From NCBI GenBank assembly GCA_019359315.1, contig JAHHHO010000021.1:18078-58077 (forward strand): a stretch of DNA of 40,000 nt, written 5' to 3'. A program made the translations under genes and the position numbers. Below, in pieces: positions 24,633 to 30,449 of this stretch; within the stretch, counting starts at the first letter, position 1; every line of letters begins with the position of its first letter. The notes under the pieces are model-generated. The model saw nothing but the letters and a program-made list of their open reading frames with translations, searched no databases and was not told the origin of the DNA. The stretch comes from Myxacorys californica WJT36-NPBG1. Lineage in GTDB: Bacteria; Cyanobacteriota; Cyanobacteriia; Leptolyngbyales; Leptolyngbyaceae.

Positions 24633-25272
24633 TTATCGAATATTGGTGAATTTGTAGGTTTGTAAACTGATCCGCCATTCTGGATGGCTGAGAACGTACT
24701 CAAAGATGGGTGAGTAGCTATCAGATGTACCCCATTCTGGTTGGAGAAGCCTGACTGCATCGGTTGGAATTTTGGTCGCGTAATCCTCCGCCCATACCAA
24801 GTCAGACTGGTTAGCAATTACAACCTTTAGTTCACTTACCTGTGGATAAATGCTTTCGTGCGGAGGCTCGGACTGTAGGGCAGAAGGTAATCCAGTCGAA
24901 GCTGCCACTGAAGGGGTGTGCTCCAGAGGTTCCTAGATGCACTCGCAGTCCTGCGACTCTTAACCCCCCATTGCTGAGGGAGGAAAGGTCATGCATCAGG
25001 GGTTCGCCACCCGTAATGACAACGATCGCTAGATTGACCGCTTTAGCTTCTGCAATTAGGTCGGCAGTAGGACGTTGAGGATGGCGACGAGCATTCCACG
25101 AATGCTTGGTGTCGCAGTAGGGGCAGCCTACGTCACATCCGGCTAGTCGAATAAAAAAGGCGTTCGTGCCTGTCCAGGCTCCCTCACTCTGAACCGAGTG
25201 GAAGGTTTCCACCACTGGCAGGACTGTCAAAGCTGTTTTAGAGGTTGAGGGAATGGGAATCAGGCTTGTCAT
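24633..25272 (-). pseudogene. queE: 7-carboxy-7-deazaguanine synthase (radical SAM) gene carrying a frameshift
   Basis: ORF 24832-25272 has 'FIRLAGCDVGCPYCDTKHSW', 'VVITGGEP' and 'GSFDWITFCPT'. ORF 24633-24908, in another frame, continues with '[19 protein letters not shown]...LLQPEWGTS...[13 protein letters not shown]'. Together they make a normal-length QueE. The frames differ by one extra nucleotide at about 24870-24890. Confidence 0.8.
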
Positions 25273-25283
25273 AACGATCGCTC

Positions 25284-25673
25284 CTAGTCGTCCTCGTACT
25301 CAACCCAAGAATTGGGCGTTTCGGACACAGCAACCTTCAACTTCACATCCGACAGCAATTGCTTCTTCGTCTTGTCGTAAATATATTGAGCAATCATCTC
25401 GGCAGTGGTTCCATAGCCTTCCGGCAGAACTTCGTTTAGAACCGAATGGTCGAGCCCTCCTTTGAGTAGGTCTTGCTTTGCCCAACGGAGCGTGCGGAAA
25501 TCAGCAACCATGACAGGATGAGGACAGTACTCGGAGGCATAGAGCTTATTAGAGGTTGCCTCAATTCGAACCTTATAGGTATGCCCATGCATCCGCCCAC
25601 ACGGACCGTTGTAGTCCCGGATGTAGTGAGCAGCATCAAAAGTAAACTCAGTGGTCAGTTTCCAGGTTGGCAT
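25284..25673 (-). CDS. queD: 6-carboxy-5,6,7,8-tetrahydropterin synthase
   Basis: 129 aa. 'FTFDAAHYI...GPCGRMHGHTYKVRIE' and 'LDHSVLNEV' are characteristic QueD/PTPS motifs. The ORF is intact. Confidence 0.85.
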   Translation of the reverse strand: MPTWKLTTEFTFDAAHYIRDYNGPCGRMHGHTYKVRIEATSNKLYASEYCPHPVMVADFRTLRWAKQDLLKGGLDHSVLNEVLPEGYGTTAEMIAQYIYDKTKKQLLSDVKLKVAVSETPNSWVEYEDD

Positions 25674-25812
25674 TAGGACTCATTCACTAGCTTGCATCTA
25701 CGGACAAGTGTTTGTTAAATCTACATCTAGAGCTATAAAGATTAAATTTACATCATCTAACACTATTTGTGGAATCAGTAATGTCATGATTTCTATGTAA
25801 CCGAACGATCCA

Positions 25813-27762
25813 CTAGTTTGGTTCCCCAACAGATAGAGAATCACTGTACATCTCGTAAATCTGAATTTCGATCTCGCTTGCCACGTTCTTCGAATAGTCA
25901 GGTTTTAACCCTGCTAACCTCACTACCTTCCACGGTTCAACTCGTTCACCCCGTTGATTGAGCACTTTTGCTGCCCACCTCACCCGTCGAATCTGGTAAT
26001 CCTCAAGGCTCTCTGTCACTGAATTCAAATAAGCCTGCATCATAGGCATCTGGTCAAGATGTTGTTCGATCAGTGCCAGTTGACCGATCACCTTCGCTAC
26101 TCTGCTTACGGTAATTCGGATCGGTTTCTCTTCTGCCAGTAATCCCTGTACGGCTTCCTTCACCTGAGCTAGAATTTGCTCGTCCCGTTGCTGCCAGTCT
26201 ACTCGGTTGTTGATGTAAACAGACTTCTGGACTGGGGGTGAATGCTGGTTGAGCCATTCGCGATCGTACCGATAGAGCCAAGAATAGGTGCTGGGAGCGA
26301 ATCGGCGGAGGGCTGTTTTGGAAGCGTGGGGGTACTGGGTCTGAAGGATGCTCCACGTATTCCGGTGTTGGGTTCTTAGGCTATCAGACTCACCAGATTG
26401 AGCACAGAGAAGTTCTATGGAATCTGATTCCTGCATTTTGGTCTGAGATCTCCACTTTGGAGAAAGTTCGAACCGTTGGACATAGCGATTGACCGTTCTG
26501 GGATCAACCTGAAGCTGTTTGGCAGTTTCTCGCAATCCCAGTTGTTCAACTTCTACCAGTTGCCTCAATTTCTGCTGCCATACCGGACCCACCGCTTTGA
26601 TTTTACCAATGCGACAGGCATCCGCTTCGGTCTGGTCGGGTCCAGTCCGACAGTAGATAAAGCCACAGGAGCAGGAAAAGGTTCCCACAGGCTTTTTTGT
26701 GTCGCCGCATAAGCTAATTGACAGATCCGTAACAACAGATTTTAGATAATGCTCTGCGGCAGCATTCAAGCACAACCACGGTCCTACCCCAAAGGGCTTG
26801 TAACCGTGATCGCCTCCTAACAGTTCTGCAACGGAGAGTCCCAAAAATCGAATCATCAACAGATGCCGAATAGGATGAAAGACTTTTCGGTGCTTCCGGC
26901 CAATGCTGAACAGCCAGTTTTGATCATCCTGGCCATGAACGGTTGAATCTAACGCCTGCAAAATTTCCTGGTTATAGGCAGATAAAAACTGTTTGATCAA
27001 CGAGCCTTGATGCACTCGTCCTGTCGCGGTTGCCAATCCCCGTTCAATCAGCACAGACACGTATTGCTTGCGAAACCAGTTCAAGTCCTGGGAAGGTAAC
27101 TCATTCTCTAGTAAAAAATAGGCAACCTGAGCCAAACACTTGAGGACGTTTAAGGCATGCTGGCCGAATATTTTTTCAGGTGGATGGATGCAACAGTTAT
27201 CAATCCCGGCAGCAATATATTCATGCCGGTTCATGCCTTGAAGCGGGACTGAACTATCCTGAAGAACTTCGGCATGATGAGGGCAAACTAGAGCTCCTGG
27301 GGCTTGATGGATGCGATGCCAATACAACTCGCCGTACTTCGCTTGGTCGTCGCTGCTGCACATCGGGCAAAATCGGAAGTACTTGGGGACACGGATCGAA
27401 CTAGCTCGAATCCCGACCTGGTTATGAATACCTCCTCCTTTCTCAGAGCGCATTGCCTCAAGAATTTGTTGCGATCGATCCTGCGGAAGAAAGGGAGCAT
27501 AGAAGGGATACAACGTATGGTTCTGAATCAATTTCTCGACGGTCATCTGCGAAATTAATTCCAGCTTTGCAGCTAAAGACTCTAAGTTACAGGGAAGGTC
27601 AGCAGTGGCGATCACATTCCTGGAATCAAATAACTCCTGCATTGCGAGTTTTGGACTGGTATGACCACTGCGCAGGTGATAGCGAGCCAGGATGCTGTAG
27701 AGCAGTTCGTCTGGGTACGGCTTGGGAAAGAAGCTCAACTGTGAGTACATCTGTAAAGTCAA
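25813..27762 (-). CDS. tnsD: Tn7 TnsD-like target-selector protein (TniQ family), full length
   Basis: Colinear with Tn7 TnsD. It has 'FFPKPYPDELLYSILARY', 'HTLYPFYAPF', the CCCH finger 'FRFCPMCSS...YWHRIHQAPGALVCPHH' and 'RKHRKVFHPIRH'. It also has 'YSWLYRYDREWL', 'RVDWQQRDEQI' and 'LEDYQIRRVRWAA'. Confidence 0.85.
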   Translation of the reverse strand: MTLQMYSQLSFFPKPYPDELLYSILARYHLRSGHTSPKLAMQELFDSRNVIATADLPCNLESLAAKLELISQMTVEKLIQNHTLYPFYAPFLPQDRSQQILEAMRSEKGGGIHNQVGIRASSIRVPKYFRFCPMCSSDDQAKYGELYWHRIHQAPGALVCPHHAEVLQDSSVPLQGMNRHEYIAAGIDNCCIHPPEKIFGQHALNVLKCLAQVAYFLLENELPSQDLNWFRKQYVSVLIERGLATATGRVHQGSLIKQFLSAYNQEILQALDSTVHGQDDQNWLFSIGRKHRKVFHPIRHLLMIRFLGLSVAELLGGDHGYKPFGVGPWLCLNAAAEHYLKSVVTDLSISLCGDTKKPVGTFSCSCGFIYCRTGPDQTEADACRIGKIKAVGPVWQQKLRQLVEVEQLGLRETAKQLQVDPRTVNRYVQRFELSPKWRSQTKMQESDSIELLCAQSGESDSLRTQHRNTWSILQTQYPHASKTALRRFAPSTYSWLYRYDREWLNQHSPPVQKSVYINNRVDWQQRDEQILAQVKEAVQGLLAEEKPIRITVSRVAKVIGQLALIEQHLDQMPMMQAYLNSVTESLEDYQIRRVRWAAKVLNQRGERVEPWKVVRLAGLKPDYSKNVASEIEIQIYEMYSDSLSVGEPN

Positions 27763-27811
27763 ACAATTTTGTAGCTTGATGGGACAAGCAGCTATTTGCC
27801 CTCGCTCAACC

Positions 27812-28495
27812 TCAGTCCTGCAACGAGGGTTGGTACACCTGTACGGCTAGAACCAACAAAGTCTCCTTAGCCTGCGCGATTAATGCGTCTGATACACCCA
27901 CGGTCGCTATTAGAATCGTCCCATCATCGTCCAGAAGCAGGCTGAAGGGTTCTATCGAGACTTGATAGGGAAACCATTGTCCCTGCACTGCATAGACCTG
28001 TCTCACGCCTTCCAGGTCAAGCGCAAATTCCTCAGCCAAGGGAACAACGATCAAAGACTCGATCGCATTTTGCAGTCCAACTTGCACAATTTCCAAGGGA
28101 ATCGCAGCCCCATCAGTAATTTTCTCCCGATTGGCCACTCGTTCTGACTGGCGAGACAACGCAAGCTGTTTGCTCAATTCACTCACTTCTTTAGCCGCAA
28201 ACTTGAGCCCCTTTCGGACGCCTGGCAAGTAGGGGGTGAAATCAAAGCTCAGCCCTGTTTGAGCACCCCATTGGTCGAGCTTGTCCTGGGCGCTTTCCAG
28301 CACCTGTTCCAAAAGGACGGACTCGTGTTCCCATTGCATCTGAGCCCGCTGCCGCATCAGGACTCGCGCTAACTCTGCAATCCCAAATTCAATCCCCAAA
28401 CTATAGGGCTCCCCCTCCTGCTCCATGAGAAACCCAGCCTGCTCTGCCACGCAGTTCAGAATAAACCGCTCCTGGGACAATACCTGGACGCTCAT
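27812..28495 (-). CDS. Hypothetical protein (227 aa), translationally coupled to the upstream small nuclease-like gene
   Basis: An uninterrupted ORF with an ATG start. It overlaps the upstream gene stop by 4 nt (28492-28495). I see no recognisable motif and no Walker A. Confidence 0.5.
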   Translation of the reverse strand: MSVQVLSQERFILNCVAEQAGFLMEQEGEPYSLGIEFGIAELARVLMRQRAQMQWEHESVLLEQVLESAQDKLDQWGAQTGLSFDFTPYLPGVRKGLKFAAKEVSELSKQLALSRQSERVANREKITDGAAIPLEIVQVGLQNAIESLIVVPLAEEFALDLEGVRQVYAVQGQWFPYQVSIEPFSLLLDDDGTILIATVGVSDALIAQAKETLLVLAVQVYQPSLQD

Positions 28496-28962
28496 ACACT
28501 CACCTCGGTGATGGAACAGTGATACTGCGTTTCACTCAGCAATGCGGTTCCCACAACCATTCCGGTTACGGGTCTGGAATCCAGTTCAAAGCAAGCAGAG
28601 GTGTAGGCGGACATACGAATCAGTTCGTCTTCGATCACCTGCTGTATTTGGGCCACAGAACCTGTCGTTGCCTTGGCTTCCACCAGATAGGTTTTGCCCT
28701 GCCCTCGCATGACAATATCGGGGTAATCATGATTTGGACGCGCCAGCTTGCGGCATCGAAACAACTGCTGGGCAACCAGCCCTGCAATTCCCTCTCCAAT
28801 TCCTGCAATTGCGCTCTTGCTAGGCGTGATGAGACGGTGTTCCGTGCGGCTGTAGAACAAGGGGGCATAGCCAGGCTCCAGGAAAGCGCCACTGGTGTAG
28901 GTGAAGTAGTGCTGCATCTCCTCCTGGGGACGATAATGTAGAGTAATAAAACGGTTGAACAA
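28492..28962 (-). CDS. Small PD-(D/E)XK-like (restriction-endonuclease / TnsA-N-like fold) protein
   Basis: 'IGEGIAG...HDYPDIVMRGQGKTYLVEAKATTG' gives an E...PD...ExK arrangement. The TTG at 28962 lies inside a repeat. ATG at 28917 ('MQHYF'), preceded by AGGAGGAG, is a plausible alternative start. Confidence 0.45.
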   Translation of the reverse strand: MFNRFITLHYRPQEEMQHYFTYTSGAFLEPGYAPLFYSRTEHRLITPSKSAIAGIGEGIAGLVAQQLFRCRKLARPNHDYPDIVMRGQGKTYLVEAKATTGSVAQIQQVIEDELIRMSAYTSACFELDSRPVTGMVVGTALLSETQYHCSITEVSV

Positions 28963-29089
28963 TTTGGTCGTCTGAAAAGTTCATTAATTCGTTCCATTTT
29001 TGAATAGCAGAAAAAAATGGTTGGACAATTTACTCTGCTTTCAGCTGGTTCTTGCCCTATTTCTGTAATAAAACGGTTGGACAATTTCT
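28943..29089 (-). repeat. Three direct copies of a ~23-nt motif upstream of, or overlapping, the small nuclease-like gene (transposase-binding-site-like or operator array)
   Basis: Plus-strand copies: GTAATAAAACGGTTGAACAATTT (28943-28965) and GTAATAAAACGGTTGGACAATTT (29065-29087) match 22/23. A degenerate copy is AAAAAAATGGTTGGACAATTT (29011-31). Thirteen nt beyond the outer copy the minus strand reads 5'-TGTGG (29104-29100). Confidence 0.6.
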
Positions 29090-29166
29090 AAAAGCTTTAC
29101 CACAGCTTGGTTTGAGAACTTCTTAAAGGAGGAAATTTTAGAGAACGAATTGAAGATTACGTTGAG

Positions 29167-29430
29167 TCACAGGCAGATAACCTCCTGAAGAACTTGTTCA
29201 CCAATGTGAGGTTTCAACCCGTCTTTCATGACCAAATCTACTTTCAGTTGTAAGAAGTCGCTGAAGTAGTTCTCCAGTTCACAAAATGCGATCGCATAAA
29301 CGAGTGCTTCCACAGGCTGGGTCGATCGCAGCGCCTCTGAAGTAATCACCAGTTGCTCGACACTTTGGCGAATTTTCACACCGACGCTGGCATCAATAAA
29401 CTGGTTAGCAACTTCACTGAGTCCTCCCAA
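29167..29430 (-). CDS. Hypothetical small protein (87 aa, TTG start)
   Basis: ORF only, with no recognisable motif. It is bounded upstream by an in-frame TAA. It lies between the IS5 element and the repeat array. Confidence 0.25.
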   Translation of the reverse strand: MGGLSEVANQFIDASVGVKIRQSVEQLVITSEALRSTQPVEALVYAIAFCELENYFSDFLQLKVDLVMKDGLKPHIGEQVLQEVICL

Positions 29431-29462
29431 AACTTGTTAAACGTGGGATTTTGCCGTAGTTC

Positions 29463-30366
29463 TAAGAGGACGTTTGAGAAGTAGCAGATTATACTCATTT
29501 GCTAGAATGGTAAGGATGAATCGAAAACCTTATGATACTGATGTCTCTGATGCTGAATGGATAATCCTTGAACCACTCATTCCATCATCTCAACCCGGTG
29601 GACGTCCACGTTTTAGAGACAGGCGCGAAATTGTAAATGCAGTTTTCTATATTCAGCGTTCTGGCTGTGCTTGGCGCTTACTGCCACATGAGTTTCCCCC
29701 CTGGCAAACCGTGTATTACTACTTTCGCACTTGGCGCATTGCGGGTGTGTGGAAAACTCTACTCAAAACCATTCGCGAGCAGGTGTGTCAAGCCATGGGA
29801 CGAGCCGCAACACCTAGTGCTGGAATCATCAATGCCCAATCGGTCGAAACGACGAAAGCTGGCGGAACAGAACGCGGTTATGACGGGGGTAAAAAAGTCA
29901 AAGGGCGCAAGCGTCACCTGTTGGTCGATACCCAAAGATTGGTCCTGAAGGTCAAGGTACTTGCAGCTAACACAGCAGATCAAGAAGGTGCCAAACAACT
30001 GCTCAGTGGCATTGGGGCGCAGTTTCCTCGATTGCGATATCTGTGGGTCGATGGTGGCACCACGTTTGTCAGTTGGGTCAAAGAGCAGTTGGGTTGGATG
30101 GTGCAGCGCGTGCAACATCCGAATGCTGGGTCCCATCGTCGCATTGTTGGTCCAGGTGTGGAACCTGCGCCGATTGACCGCAGTTTCAAAGTCATTGAGC
30201 GCAGATGGGTGGTGGAGCGAACGTATGGCTGACTTGGGCGATATCGACGACTGGGCAAAGACTACGAATATCTGCCTGAAACGTCGGAAGCGTTCATCTA
30301 CACTACCTCTCTCCGTACACTCCTACGGCGGCTGGCATAATCTGCTACTTCTCAAACGTCCTCTTA
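29463..30366 (+). mobile_element. IS5-family insertion sequence (~0.9 kb) with perfect 30-bp terminal inverted repeats
   Basis: TAAGAGGACGTTTGAGAAGTAGCAGATTAT (29463-29492) is the exact reverse complement of 30337-30366. The target duplication is ambiguous (possibly TA). One transposase gene lies inside. Confidence 0.85.
29516..30340 (+). pseudogene. IS5-family (DUF4096 + DDE) transposase with an in-frame TGA replacing a conserved Trp
   Basis: 'MNRKPYDTDVSDAEWIILEPLIP...GRPR...REIVNAVFYIQRSGCAWRLLPHEFPPWQTVYYYF' is a typical IS5 N-terminus. The ORF stops at TGA 30230-30232 within 'VVERTYG*LGRYRRLGKDYEYLPETSEAFIY...LRRLA', where family members have 'ER.FGWLGRYRRL'. The same frame stays open to TAA at 30338-30340. 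Confidence 0.75.
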
Positions 30367-30449
30367 ACAGCAGTAGCTAGTTGAGCAAGTAGGGGCTTCT
30401 ACACTCAATTTGAGTATTCACTTCTGACAGTTTCTCGTATAACGGTGTG

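Noticed and set aside
24623-24817. 65-aa N-terminal extension of the first queC fragment (ORF start at 24817)
   Set aside because: It overlaps the queE 3' end in another frame. QueC homology begins at '[13 protein letters not shown]' (ATG 24622), 11 nt after the queE stop.
25715-25754. Two copies of TTAAAT(C/T)TACATC (25715-25727 and 25742-25754) between queD and tnsD, as a possible second Tn7-like end
   Set aside because: The motif is unrelated to the 23-nt repeats at 28943-29089. There are only two short A/T-rich copies and no TGT terminus. They are more likely ordinary promoter-region sequence for queD.
28519-29084. ORFs 28519-28941 (+) and 28635-29084 (-) overlapping the small nuclease-like gene
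   Set aside because: They have no motifs and are overlapped by the better-supported 28492-28962 gene. The 29084 'start' is just the outer copy of the 23-nt repeat, which mimics the real gene's 5' end ('M-S/F-NRFIT').
29637-30380. Four overlapping ORFs (92-139 aa) on both strands inside the IS5 element
   Set aside because: They are alternative frames of the transposase gene. ORF 29961-30380 merely includes the out-of-frame tail. Only the 29516-30340 frame shows IS5 transposase similarity.
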